In this document: piece by piece, positions 16,184 through 25,356 of the stretch
How positions within the stretch are numbered: position 1 is the first letter of the stretch
Layout of the letters: each line of letters begins with the position of its first letter
Origin: Gaiellaceae bacterium
GTDB taxonomy: Bacteria; Actinomycetota; Thermoleophilia; Gaiellales; Gaiellaceae
Reading direction: 5' to 3'
Assembly (NCBI GenBank): GCA_035702555.1
Contig: DASSQK010000017.1
Coordinates: 1-30,960, forward strand
Length of the DNA: 30,960 nucleotides
Notes under the pieces: generated by a model
The model's input: only the letters and a program-made list of their open reading frames with translations
Told to the model about the DNA's origin: nothing
Database searches by the model: none
Position numbers and translations under genes: made by a program

Positions 16184-16549
16184 CTAGCCCTCCGGCATCG
16201 GCGCCGACGGGTCGGTCTGCCAGAGCCCGAACTCGTTCCCGTGCGGGTCCGTGCAGGTCGCGAACCAGCCCATCTGCGGGACCGGCATCGCGCCGTCGGC
16301 CTCTCCGCCCAGCTCCTTCACGCGGGCGATGCCGGCGTTGATGTCGTCGACGTCGAAGTAGGGACGCGTCCCGGTCTTCCCCTCGGCGCCCATGATCGCC
16401 GCACCCTGCTGTTCGCCCAACCGCGTCATGTGGTACTCGGACGGCCCGGGGTAGGTCTCGAACTCCCACCCGAAGAGCGAGCCCCAGAACTCGCGGGCCT
16501 GTCCTGTGTCGTCTGCGGGGATCTCGAGGTGCACGATCTGTCCGGCCAT
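16184..16549 (-). CDS. VOC/glyoxalase family protein
   Basis: IVHLEIPADD...FWGSLFGW...YFDVDDI...GWFATCTDPHGNEFGLWQ; GGAGG RBS. Confidence 0.9.
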   Translation of the reverse strand: MAGQIVHLEIPADDTGQAREFWGSLFGWEFETYPGPSEYHMTRLGEQQGAAIMGAEGKTGTRPYFDVDDINAGIARVKELGGEADGAMPVPQMGWFATCTDPHGNEFGLWQTDPSAPMPEG

Positions 16550-16582
16550 TCGTCCTCCCTCTGTCAGGTGTCGACGTTCGTT

Positions 16583-18229
16583 CTACCCGAAGGTGAAGGC
16601 GTACGCCGAGATCCCGGGCGTGAAGCGCAGCTCGAGCGCGCCCTCGCTCAGCGACGGGTAGCGCAGCAGCGTGTAGAGGCGGCTCAGCCCGGCGACGCGG
16701 ATCGTCTTCACCGGCCGGCCGCCGACGATCACCTTCAGCCGGCCGTGCCCGCCGAGCACCAGGTAGACGTTCTGCGCGAGGAAGTGGAGCCGCAGCCTCG
16801 CGCCGGGGCCGGCCACGATCCGCTGCCTGCCGACGTTCCAGTTGCCGGCGTACGCGAGGTCGTTGAGCGGGATCTCGCGCGGGAACCCGTAGCGCACCAC
16901 GTGGTCGGGCGTGATCGGCGAGCCGACGTAGCGCTCGAGCCGCTCCCAGCCCAGGTACGACTCCGGCGTCGTCAGGTGCTGCGGCGTGCGGTCTTTGACC
17001 ATCGCGAGCTGCGCGGTGCCGGATTCCCCGAGCAGCGTCCGGATCGAGTGCTCGGTCTCGTCGTACTGGCCCTCGCCCTTCTTGACCTCGCGGACGCGGC
17101 CGCGCCGGTCGATCAGGTACTCCGCAGGCCAGGCGTCGTTCTGGTACGCGTTCCACGTGTCGTAGGCGTTGTCGATCGCGACCGGGTAGCGGACGCCGAG
17201 CTTCCTCGACGCTTCGCGCACGTTCGAGGCCACGTGCTCGAAGGCGAACTCCGGCGTGTGCACGCCGACGATCACGAGGCCCGCCTTCCGGTACCTCGCG
17301 TCCCAGGCCTCGAGGTGCGGGAGCGTGCGCAGGCAGTTGATACACGAGTACGTCCAGAAGTCGACGAGCACGACCTTGCCGCGCAGCTGCGTGATCGTGA
17401 GCGGGCGCGAGTGCAGCCACTCGGAGATCCCCGTGAACGGCGGCGCCGGCCCGTAGTCGGGAAGCGACCCTCCGCTGGTCGCCCGGAAGCGAGAGGCGCC
17501 GCGGCTCTGCAGCTTCGAGAGCTCGTCGTGCGCGGCTGAGCTCCGCTCGGCCCCCTGGAGCGCGTGGGTGTAGTCGGGGAACCAGGTCTGCAGCTTGCGG
17601 TCGGCGTCGAGCGCGATCGCGAGCGCGCCCAGGGCCATGACCACGCCGAGCGCGGTCCGGAGCGCCTGCGCGTTGGCGCGGAGCCGGCGGGTGGCGCGCT
17701 GGCCCAGCGTGGCGACGGCCAGCATCGGGAGCGCGGCGCCGAGCGCGTAGGCGATCGTGACGGCGACCGTCTTCGGGCCGAGCTCCAGGCGTGCGGCGTT
17801 CGCCGAGATCGCGCCGATCACCGGCCCGCCGCAGGGCACGAAGACGAGGCCGAGGCTCGCGCCGAGCAGGAACCCGCCGCCGAGGTCGCTCTCCGGGCCG
17901 CGGCGGCTCAGCGCCGCGAACGGGCGCTCCACGAGCACCCCGACACGCGGGAAGACCAGCGTCGCCGCCACGAGCAGGAGCAGGGCGATCGAGAGGTTGC
18001 GCAGGAAGTCCTGCGGCAGGTGCAGCTGCTCGAGCAGCCAGGTCGCGACAAGCGTGAAGGTCGCGAAGCTCGCGACGAGGCCGGCGATGATCGCGTACGG
18101 CCGCCGCCGCCCGCCGGTGCCTCCGCCGGCGAAGAGGATCGGCAGCACGGGAAAGACGCACGGCGAGACCGCGGTGACGATCCCGGCGCCGAAGGCGATC
18201 GGCAGGAGCAGGAGAAAACGCGCGTCCAT
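16583..18229 (-). CDS. dipZ: DipZ-like protein (CcdA/DsbD membrane domain + TlpA-like thioredoxin + C-terminal domain)
   Basis: SPCVFPVLP and FVPCGGP membrane cysteines; DFWTYSCINCLR; GVHTPEFAFE; TPESYLG. Confidence 0.88.
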   Translation of the reverse strand: MDARFLLLLPIAFGAGIVTAVSPCVFPVLPILFAGGGTGGRRRPYAIIAGLVASFATFTLVATWLLEQLHLPQDFLRNLSIALLLLVAATLVFPRVGVLVERPFAALSRRGPESDLGGGFLLGASLGLVFVPCGGPVIGAISANAARLELGPKTVAVTIAYALGAALPMLAVATLGQRATRRLRANAQALRTALGVVMALGALAIALDADRKLQTWFPDYTHALQGAERSSAAHDELSKLQSRGASRFRATSGGSLPDYGPAPPFTGISEWLHSRPLTITQLRGKVVLVDFWTYSCINCLRTLPHLEAWDARYRKAGLVIVGVHTPEFAFEHVASNVREASRKLGVRYPVAIDNAYDTWNAYQNDAWPAEYLIDRRGRVREVKKGEGQYDETEHSIRTLLGESGTAQLAMVKDRTPQHLTTPESYLGWERLERYVGSPITPDHVVRYGFPREIPLNDLAYAGNWNVGRQRIVAGPGARLRLHFLAQNVYLVLGGHGRLKVIVGGRPVKTIRVAGLSRLYTLLRYPSLSEGALELRFTPGISAYAFTFG

Positions 18230-18264
18230 GCGCTAGGGGTTCAGTCTGGCGAGGGCGTGAGGCG

Positions 18265-20742
18265 TTACGCCTCGGCGGCCGGAGCGGATTCCTGCTCCTG
18301 GCCCGCCGCGGGCGCCGCGCCGTTCTGCTGCTGCTGCTGCGCCCCCTTCTGCTGCTGACCCTGCGCCTGGCCCTTCTTCTTGCGCTTGCGCCGCCGCCGG
18401 CGCGAGCGGCCGCCGCCGGTCTTGGGCGCGGGCAGGTTGTCGGCGAGGGCGTTCGCGACCTCCTGGATCGTGCCCAGGCGCTCGCGCGCGGCGTCGATCA
18501 GCTGGTTGGCGCGTGGCGTGTACCCCTCGGCCGAGGCGAGCAGCGCCGCGCCAACCTCGCGCGACTGGTCGAGCGCGGCGTTCACGAGCTTGGCCGCGTT
18601 CTCCTCGTGGCGATGGCCGCGCGAGTTGGCGAGCGCACCGAGGAGCCGCTTCGCCTCCGGGAACTCGGCGCTGGCCCGCCGGTCCTGCACCTTGCGCGTG
18701 GAGCGCGCGAGCCGCCATGTCCAGCGCGCGAGGATCTGCTCGGGCGCGTCGGCCTTGCCGTCGCCCAGAGCCCGCAGCAGCGTTCGCACGCCGTGGACGC
18801 GGTCCTTCTCCCACGTCGGCGCCTGCGTCACGAGCGTGACCAGGTCGTCGAAGCTGGCGCGGTCGACCGTCATGGAGACGCGGTCGGCCAGCGCGGTCAG
18901 GCGCAGGCGGCGGTTCGGGTTCTCGGCCGCACACGCGGTGAGGAACTGCTCGAGGGCGCCGCGGCTCGCCTTGCCCTCGGTGAACTTCTTCACGAACTCG
19001 ACGCGCTCGTCGAAGCGGACGGCGCGGCCGGCGATCGTGGCCCAGTAGAGCTGCTCGTCGTCGTCGAGGAAGCGCGGGTCGACGCGCTGCCACTCGCGGT
19101 CGATGACGGCGAGCCGGCGCTTCACGTCCGGCGTGACCGGCACGAGCCACGGCGCCGGCGACAGCTTCCGCCTCGCGCGCCGCTGCACGCGCCGCCGCGG
19201 CGCGGGCGTCACGCGGGCGCCCTCGCGGTAGAAGTCGGCGTCGAGCAGGCTGTGCAGCGAGATGACGCGCTCGTTGTGCGTCGCGCCCTTCGGGACGAAG
19301 TCGACCACGACCCCGGCCTCCTTGCGCGGGTGCATGCGCATGATCCGCCCGATGCGCTGCTGGTAGACGCGCCGCGAGGCCGTCGGCGCGAGGTGCATGA
19401 CGACCGTCGCGCGCGGGGAGTTCCAGCCTTCCGCGAGCAGCATCGCGTTGATCAGGATGTTGATCTCGCCCCGCTCGTACGCCGCGAGCGTCTCCGCCAG
19501 CTGCAGCGGCGGGGTGCGCCCGCTGACGGCCTCCGCCTTCAGCCCCGCGGCGCGGAACTCCTTGGCGAGGTTGTACGCGTGCTCGACGCCGGCCGCGTAG
19601 ACGATCCCCGGCGTGTTCTCGAAACGGTCGCGGTAGAGGCTCGCCGCCGCCTGGTTCAGCGCCTGGTGGTCGAGGACGGCCGCGAGGGCGCGTTCCTCGA
19701 AGTCGCCGCCGACGATCGGCACCGACGAGATCGCGGCCGCCGGCGGGACCCGCAGGCAGCGCAACGGCGCGATCAGGCCGCGCCGGGCCGCGTCGCCGAG
19801 GGGCAGCTCGTCGATCGAGGCCGGGAAGACGTCGGAGACCTGCTTGGCGATCAGCTGCTCGGTCGCCGTCATCCCGATGTAGATCGGCTCGGAGAAGCTG
19901 CGGATGGCGAGGCTCGTCTTCTCGCCGAGGGCGGTGTGCGCCTCGTCGGCGATCACGAGGTGGTACGCACGCGGGTCGAGGTCCTGCCAGTGGCGTGCGA
20001 ACCACGCGTAGGTCTGCACCGTCACCGGCGCCCGCTCTTTCGCGGTCGCGCCCTTGAGGATCGCGTCCTCGAAGCGGTCGCCGTAGCCCTCCGCCTGCAG
20101 CTCGCGGTGGAACTGCGAGACGAGCAGCCGGCGGTGGGTGAGGATCAGGACGCCGAGGGTGCGCGCCGCCTCGACGAAGCCCGCGGCCGCGATCGTCTTG
20201 CCGGAGGCGGTCGGGTGGCGGAAGCGGTAGCGGCGGTTCGCGCCGGGGTCGGAGCCCGTGTGCTCCTCGGGGAGCGTGAGCTCGTCGACGGGAGCCTCGA
20301 GATGGACGCCGAGATCCTCCTCGTCCTCCTCGGGCTCGTCGGCCTGGTCGCCGTTGGCGCCGTTGCCGTTCGTCTCCTGCTCGGCCTGGGCCGCCGCGAT
20401 CAGCTCGGTGAGCATCCCCGCCAGCGCGTCGACCTGGTGGCGGCGCAGCTCGGTGCCCGACGCGAGGCGCGGCCGCTCCTGCGACAGCACGCGCTCGAGG
20501 CCCAGCATCAGCGAGTAGCGGATCCTCCACTCGTAGGAGGGCTCGGTCGCCCCGGCCTCGATCTCGGCGAGCGCGTCGTCGAGGGCCCGGCGCCGAGCCG
20601 TTCCCGGCGCAAGCGAGACCGCCGGATCCTCATCCGGGTGGAGGAAGGGCTCTCCGGCCCATGCTTCGGCCTGAAGGGCGGAGGCGGCTAGGCCATCCGG
20701 AGCCTCCGGAGCCAGCGTCCGTTGCTCGGTCGTTTCCTGCAT
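18265..20742 (-). CDS. SF2 DExH-box helicase (ResIII/IRC3-like) with basic, Q-rich C-terminal tail
   Basis: HPTASGKT (motif I), IADEAH (II), MTAT (III), LAEGWNSP, QRIGRIMR (VI). Start placed at ATG 20742; the track extension overlaps other genes. Confidence 0.88.
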   Translation of the reverse strand: MQETTEQRTLAPEAPDGLAASALQAEAWAGEPFLHPDEDPAVSLAPGTARRRALDDALAEIEAGATEPSYEWRIRYSLMLGLERVLSQERPRLASGTELRRHQVDALAGMLTELIAAAQAEQETNGNGANGDQADEPEEDEEDLGVHLEAPVDELTLPEEHTGSDPGANRRYRFRHPTASGKTIAAAGFVEAARTLGVLILTHRRLLVSQFHRELQAEGYGDRFEDAILKGATAKERAPVTVQTYAWFARHWQDLDPRAYHLVIADEAHTALGEKTSLAIRSFSEPIYIGMTATEQLIAKQVSDVFPASIDELPLGDAARRGLIAPLRCLRVPPAAAISSVPIVGGDFEERALAAVLDHQALNQAAASLYRDRFENTPGIVYAAGVEHAYNLAKEFRAAGLKAEAVSGRTPPLQLAETLAAYERGEINILINAMLLAEGWNSPRATVVMHLAPTASRRVYQQRIGRIMRMHPRKEAGVVVDFVPKGATHNERVISLHSLLDADFYREGARVTPAPRRRVQRRARRKLSPAPWLVPVTPDVKRRLAVIDREWQRVDPRFLDDDEQLYWATIAGRAVRFDERVEFVKKFTEGKASRGALEQFLTACAAENPNRRLRLTALADRVSMTVDRASFDDLVTLVTQAPTWEKDRVHGVRTLLRALGDGKADAPEQILARWTWRLARSTRKVQDRRASAEFPEAKRLLGALANSRGHRHEENAAKLVNAALDQSREVGAALLASAEGYTPRANQLIDAARERLGTIQEVANALADNLPAPKTGGGRSRRRRRKRKKKGQAQGQQQKGAQQQQQNGAAPAAGQEQESAPAAEA

Positions 20743-20849
20743 GTCTGCAGCACGTCTCCGTGCCGCGAATCTCAGTAAGAGAGCGCGCTCGCTCGGAAAG
20801 CCTCCGCGAGCGTTGCTGCCGAAGTATAGCCGAGCCGGCGCCGGTCGGA

Positions 20850-21437
20850 CTAGCCGCCGAGGCCGCCGAAGACCGCGAACGGGTTCCTCGGGGCGACCTC
20901 CCAGACGACCTCTCCGCCCGGCTGGGCGTCGCCGTGGACGCGCGCGGCGAGCGACCGTGCGTCCTCCTCGGACGCGGTGCCGACGATCAGGTAGCGCCAG
21001 CGCCGCACGACGTCGTAGCCCTCGCCCTCGAGCTCGTCGGCGAGCCGGTCGGCCTCGTCGTGGCCCTGGAGCTCGACGCGCACCTCCCACGGGGCGAAGC
21101 CGCGCTCGGCGGTGTCCTCCTCCCACGTCTCGTCCGGAGCCTCGCCCGACCAGCGCTCCTCCTCGGGCAGCCAGTGCTCGCTGACGACCTCGCCCGCGAT
21201 CCCCTCGTCCGCGAGCTCGGCCTCGACGATCTTCCGCGCCGGGTCCACCTGGGCGGCGGAGTCGAGGTAGACGAAGACGGTGTCCTCGTCGTTCGAGACG
21301 GCCAGCCGGTGGCCCTCGAGCTCTCGCGCGAGCCGCTTCGCCTCGTCCGAGCCGAGGTCGAAGCCCAGGTGCCCGAGCAGCGTGTCGGCGTGGGCGGCCT
21401 CGCCCAGCTCGATCCGGATTCGCCAGTCGTCGGTCAT
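20850..21437 (-). CDS. Hypothetical acidic protein (195 aa)
   Basis: MTDDWRIRIELGE...; ATG overlaps the fadB stop (ATGA at 21434-21437); natural-looking composition; no family recognised. Confidence 0.75.
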   Translation of the reverse strand: MTDDWRIRIELGEAAHADTLLGHLGFDLGSDEAKRLARELEGHRLAVSNDEDTVFVYLDSAAQVDPARKIVEAELADEGIAGEVVSEHWLPEEERWSGEAPDETWEEDTAERGFAPWEVRVELQGHDEADRLADELEGEGYDVVRRWRYLIVGTASEEDARSLAARVHGDAQPGGEVVWEVAPRNPFAVFGGLGG

Positions 21438-23395
21438 CGTGTCGGTGCCCCCGCGCCGATCTCGGCGAGCGGGTGCCCGAACATCCTCTCCGAAATGCCG
21501 GCCCCGTCGAGGTGCCTGGTGATCCCGCCGAGCCAGAACGGCCACCCGGCACCGAGCAGCAGTGCGGTGTCGACGTCCTTCGCCTCGGCGACGACCCCCT
21601 CCTCGAGCAGGTGCCGGATCTCGTCGGCCAGCGCCTCCAGCGCGCCCTCGAGGATCTCGTCCTGGGTGCGCGGCTCGTGTGCGACGAGCGCGACGGCGTC
21701 GTTGCCCTCGGCGTAGTTCGCGAGCGTCCGCGAGAGCGGGAAGCGGTCGGGGTAGGCCCCGTGCAGCGTCTCGAGCACGTGGTTGGCGACGCGCGGGCCG
21801 ACCATCTGCAGGAGCACCGACGGCGCCATCGGCAGGCCGAGGCGGAGGATCGCGTCGTCAGCCTCGTCGGGGTCGGTGCCGTGCTCGATCGCGTCGAGGA
21901 CGACGAGCATCAGCCGCGTCAGGACGCGGTTGACGACGAACGCGGGCGCGTCGGCGACGAGCACCGGCCGCTTGCGCAGGCCTTCGGCGAACGCCCAGGC
22001 CGTGGCGAGCGTCTCGTCGTCGGTGTCGAGCGTCTGCACGAGCTCCACGAGCGGCAGGACCGCGACCGGGTTGAAGAAGTGGATGCCGACGTCGGCGCCC
22101 ATCTCGGCGACGGAGAGGCTGGAGGTGTTCGTCGCGAGGACGCACTCCGGCTTCGTGTGCTCCCGCAGCTCCGCGAACACCTGCTGCTTGACCGCGAGCT
22201 CCTCGAACACCGCTTCCAGGACGAGGTCGCAGTCGGCGAAGCCGTCGTAGCCCGTCGAGGTGGAGACGAGGGAGGAGAGGAAGCGCGCCTTGCCCTCGTC
22301 GTAGCGGCCCTTGGCGACCTGCTCGGCCAGCGCCTCGTCGATCGTCTCGCGGGCCGACGCGAGCGCGTCCTCGCTGACGTCCCGGATCGCGACCGGGAGC
22401 TCGAGCCGGCGCAGGAAGAGCGCCGCCAGCTGGGCGGCCATCAGCCCGGCGCCGACCAGGCCCACCTTGCGGATCGGCCTGGGCTCCGCGGCCGGCTTTC
22501 CCGGAGGGCGTCTCGCGCGGCGGTCGACCAGGTCGAAGGCGTAGAGCGAGGCCTGCGCCTGCGGGCCGGGCAGGAGCTCGCCGACCGCTTCCTCCTCGGC
22601 CGCGTAGCCGTCTTCGAGCGACCAGCCCGAGAGCGCGCCCTCGATCAGGTCGAGCGCCCGGTACGGCGCCGGCGCGGCTCCGTGCACCTGGCCGTCGAGC
22701 CGGGCGCGCGCCTTGCGTATGACCTCGTTCACGTCCTCGTCACCCTGGCCCTCACCGTTGGGGACGAAGTCGAGCGCGAAGGCGATCGACTCGTCCACGA
22801 ACTCCACCGGCTCGAGCAGGCGGTCGGCGAAGCCGAGCTCGAACGCCTGCGGCCCGGTCAGCATCCGGTTCTGCCGCATGGGGTTCGCCACGACGAACGT
22901 GACCGCGGTCTCGGCCCCGACCAGGCGTGGCACGAGCTGTGTGCCGCCCCAGGCCGGGATGATCCCGAGGAAGCACTCCGGGCACGCGAAGTGGCGCACC
23001 GCGGTCGAGATCGTGCGCGCGTCGCAGTGGAGCGCGATCTCCACGCCGCCGCCGAGGCAGGCGCCGTTGATCGCGGCGACCGTGGGGAAGGGCAGCGCGC
23101 GGATCCGTCCGAAGAGCTCGTGTCCCGCGTGGCTCCCTGCGACCGCGAGCTCGCGCGTCGCGTTCGGGAACTCGGTGATGTCGGCGCCGGCGGCGAACAC
23201 GAACGGCTTTCCGGTCAGCACGAGCGCCGTCCAGTCGCCCTCCTCGAGCTCGGGAAGCAGCCGCTCCAGCGACTCCAGCGCGTCGCGGCCGAAGAAGGTC
23301 GGCTTCGTGTAGTCCTCGCCGTTGTCGATCGTGACGAGCGCGACGCGCGCGCCGTCGCGCTCGACCGCGGTGAGCTTGAAGTCAGTGTGCGGCAG
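21434..23395 (-). CDS. fadB: Fatty-acid oxidation multifunctional enzyme (enoyl-CoA hydratase + 3-hydroxyacyl-CoA dehydrogenase), probable CTG start
   Basis: FAAGADI, GACLGGGVE, PECFLGIIPAWGG, GLVGAGLMA, VLEAVFEE, NTSSLS, HFFNP, PAFVVNR. Frame is open to a CTG at 23395 with GGGAG 7 nt upstream. Confidence 0.9.
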   Translation of the reverse strand: MPHTDFKLTAVERDGARVALVTIDNGEDYTKPTFFGRDALESLERLLPELEEGDWTALVLTGKPFVFAAGADITEFPNATRELAVAGSHAGHELFGRIRALPFPTVAAINGACLGGGVEIALHCDARTISTAVRHFACPECFLGIIPAWGGTQLVPRLVGAETAVTFVVANPMRQNRMLTGPQAFELGFADRLLEPVEFVDESIAFALDFVPNGEGQGDEDVNEVIRKARARLDGQVHGAAPAPYRALDLIEGALSGWSLEDGYAAEEEAVGELLPGPQAQASLYAFDLVDRRARRPPGKPAAEPRPIRKVGLVGAGLMAAQLAALFLRRLELPVAIRDVSEDALASARETIDEALAEQVAKGRYDEGKARFLSSLVSTSTGYDGFADCDLVLEAVFEELAVKQQVFAELREHTKPECVLATNTSSLSVAEMGADVGIHFFNPVAVLPLVELVQTLDTDDETLATAWAFAEGLRKRPVLVADAPAFVVNRVLTRLMLVVLDAIEHGTDPDEADDAILRLGLPMAPSVLLQMVGPRVANHVLETLHGAYPDRFPLSRTLANYAEGNDAVALVAHEPRTQDEILEGALEALADEIRHLLEEGVVAEAKDVDTALLLGAGWPFWLGGITRHLDGAGISERMFGHPLAEIGAGAPTR

Positions 23396-24572
23396 CGACG
23401 TTCTCCCAGATCAGCGCAGCGCCCATGCCCATCCCGACGCAGAGCGCGGCGAGGCCGTAGCGGACATCCGGCCGCTCGCGGAAGCCGTACGCGAGCTGCG
23501 CGAGCAGCCGAACCCCGGTCGCGGCGAGCGGATGTCCGCAGGCGATCGCACCGCCATACGGGTTCAGGCGTTCGTCTTCGGGATCGATGCCCAGCCCGTC
23601 GCACCAGCTCAGCACCTGGACGGCGAAAGGCTCGTTCAACTCGAACAGGCCGACGTCGTCGAGGGACAGTCCCGCCCGCTCGAGCGCCTTCCGCGTGGCC
23701 GGGACCGGGCCGAGGCCCATCAGCTCGGGCTCGACGCCGGCGAAGGCGTACGAGACGAGGCGCATCCGCGGCTCCAGCGAGTGCTCGGCGGCGGCCGGCT
23801 CCGAGCAGAGCAGGCAGACCGTGGCGCCGTCCGTGAGGCCCGCCGAGTTCCCGGCCGTCACGCGGCCTCCGGCGCGGAACGGCGTCGGCAGCGTCGCGAG
23901 CGCCTCCATGCTCGTGCCGGGGCGGAGGAACTCGTCGCGCTCGGCAGTCCGCCAGCCGTCGTCGGTGAAGACCGCCATCGGCACGACCGTCTCGCGCATG
24001 ACGCCGTTCTCCCACGCCGCCGCGGCACGCTGCTGAGACCGCACGGCGTAGGCATCCGACGCCTCCTTCGTCAGCTGCGGGAAGCGGTCGTGGAGGTTCT
24101 CTGCCGTCGCCCCCATCGTCACCGCGGAGGTGTCGACGAGCCGTTCCGCGACGAACCGCGGGTTGAAGTCGACGTCGTCGCCCATCGGGTGATGGCCCAT
24201 GTGCTCGATCCCGCCCGCGAGCACGAGGTCGGCGGCGCCCATTGCGATCTCGCCGGCGCCGGCCGTGACGGCGGTGAGGGCGCCGGCGCACATGCGGTCG
24301 ACCGCGAAGCCCGGCACCGACTGCGGCAGCCCGGCCAGCAAGGCCACGTCGCGTCCGAGCGTGAGCCCCTGGTCGCCGACCTGCGCGGTCGCCGCCATGA
24401 CCACGTCGTCGATCCGCTCGGGAGGCAGCGTCGGGTTCCGCCGGAGCAGCTCGCGTACCACCTTCACGCCCATGTCGTCGGCGCGCGTGCCCCAGAAGAC
24501 GCCCTTCGGGCCGGCCCGCCCGAACGCCGTGCGGACGCCGTCGACGTAGAAGACCTCGCGCAACTCCCGCAC
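23382..24572 (-). CDS. fadA: Acetyl-CoA acyltransferase (thiolase)
   Basis: RTAFGRAG, DRMCAGA (catalytic Cys), AGNSAGLTDGA, ELNEPFA, GGAIACGHPLAATG, LCVGMGMG. GTG 24572 has TAGGGT 7 nt upstream. Confidence 0.93.
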   Translation of the reverse strand: MRELREVFYVDGVRTAFGRAGPKGVFWGTRADDMGVKVVRELLRRNPTLPPERIDDVVMAATAQVGDQGLTLGRDVALLAGLPQSVPGFAVDRMCAGALTAVTAGAGEIAMGAADLVLAGGIEHMGHHPMGDDVDFNPRFVAERLVDTSAVTMGATAENLHDRFPQLTKEASDAYAVRSQQRAAAAWENGVMRETVVPMAVFTDDGWRTAERDEFLRPGTSMEALATLPTPFRAGGRVTAGNSAGLTDGATVCLLCSEPAAAEHSLEPRMRLVSYAFAGVEPELMGLGPVPATRKALERAGLSLDDVGLFELNEPFAVQVLSWCDGLGIDPEDERLNPYGGAIACGHPLAATGVRLLAQLAYGFRERPDVRYGLAALCVGMGMGAALIWENVAAAH

Positions 24573-24669
24573 GGCGAAGACCCTAGTCAATCGTCACACT
24601 CTCGCCACACTCGCGCGGCAGTCGCGTGCGCCGTTGCCCGATACGATCGTCGCGGGGAGGAGGTTAGGT

Positions 24670-25356
24670 GTGCCTGAAGCAGGGGGCCCGAGCGAGCAGG
24701 CGGAGGACTGGGCGGCGCACCTCGAGCGGGAGGAGGCCCGCTACCGCGACGGTGAGGCGCGCCTGCCCGACGCGCAGGACCGCGACGCACGGCAGCGGCA
24801 GCTCACGCGGCTCGGGAACGCCGCGTCCGGGGCCGGGCTCGCGCTCCTGATGGTCGGGCGCCGCGACGATGCCGCGGCCTGGCTCCACCGCGCTGCCGAG
24901 CGGTACCGCGAGAGCTTTTCCGACGCGCCGCCCGACAGCTGGGGCCGGCCGATCGCCGCGGTCAAGGCGCTCGTCCTGGCCGGCGACGGCGCAGAGGCGG
25001 AGGACGCAGCGCGCTGGGCGCTCGAGACGGGCGCCGCCGGCGCCGAGAGCCCGATCGGCCGGTACGCGGCCGCACTGGCGCTCCTCGTGCTGGGCGAAGA
25101 CGAGCAGGCGCGGGCCCACGCCGACGCGATCCGCACCCGGGACGACTTTCCACGCGACGTGGGAGACGCGCTCGCGTACCTCGCGGCGCAGGACGTCCTC
25201 GGCTACGCGGAGGCGGTCGAGGCCGTGCTCGCGTCGTTCGCGGCTCGCGACGAGTACCTCGAGGACCTGCCGGTCGCGGACACGGTGCTCGTGCTGCAGG
25301 CGCTCGCGCGAGGGCGCGGCATGGCGGTCGAGCTCAGCTCGCCGCTGCTGCCCTAG
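24670..25356 (+). CDS. Hypothetical alpha-helical protein
   Basis: GGAGGAGG 6 nt before GTG 24670; Ala/Leu-rich helical sequence; fills the gap between fadA and the wHTH gene. Confidence 0.75.
   Translation: MPEAGGPSEQAEDWAAHLEREEARYRDGEARLPDAQDRDARQRQLTRLGNAASGAGLALLMVGRRDDAAAWLHRAAERYRESFSDAPPDSWGRPIAAVKALVLAGDGAEAEDAARWALETGAAGAESPIGRYAAALALLVLGEDEQARAHADAIRTRDDFPRDVGDALAYLAAQDVLGYAEAVEAVLASFAARDEYLEDLPVADTVLVLQALARGRGMAVELSSPLLP

Noticed and set aside
21473-23836. Very long ORF-track entries on the opposite strand or in other frames (also 18607-20691, 15864-18161, 18233-20530, 2488-3561, 23322-24677 and others)
   Set aside because: R/A/G/P-rich shadow ORFs expected at this GC content; they overlap genes with clear family motifs and show no motifs of their own.
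25353-25356. Convergent genes sharing CTAG as overlapping stop codons
   Set aside because: Real, but a common packing feature of compact GC-rich genomes.
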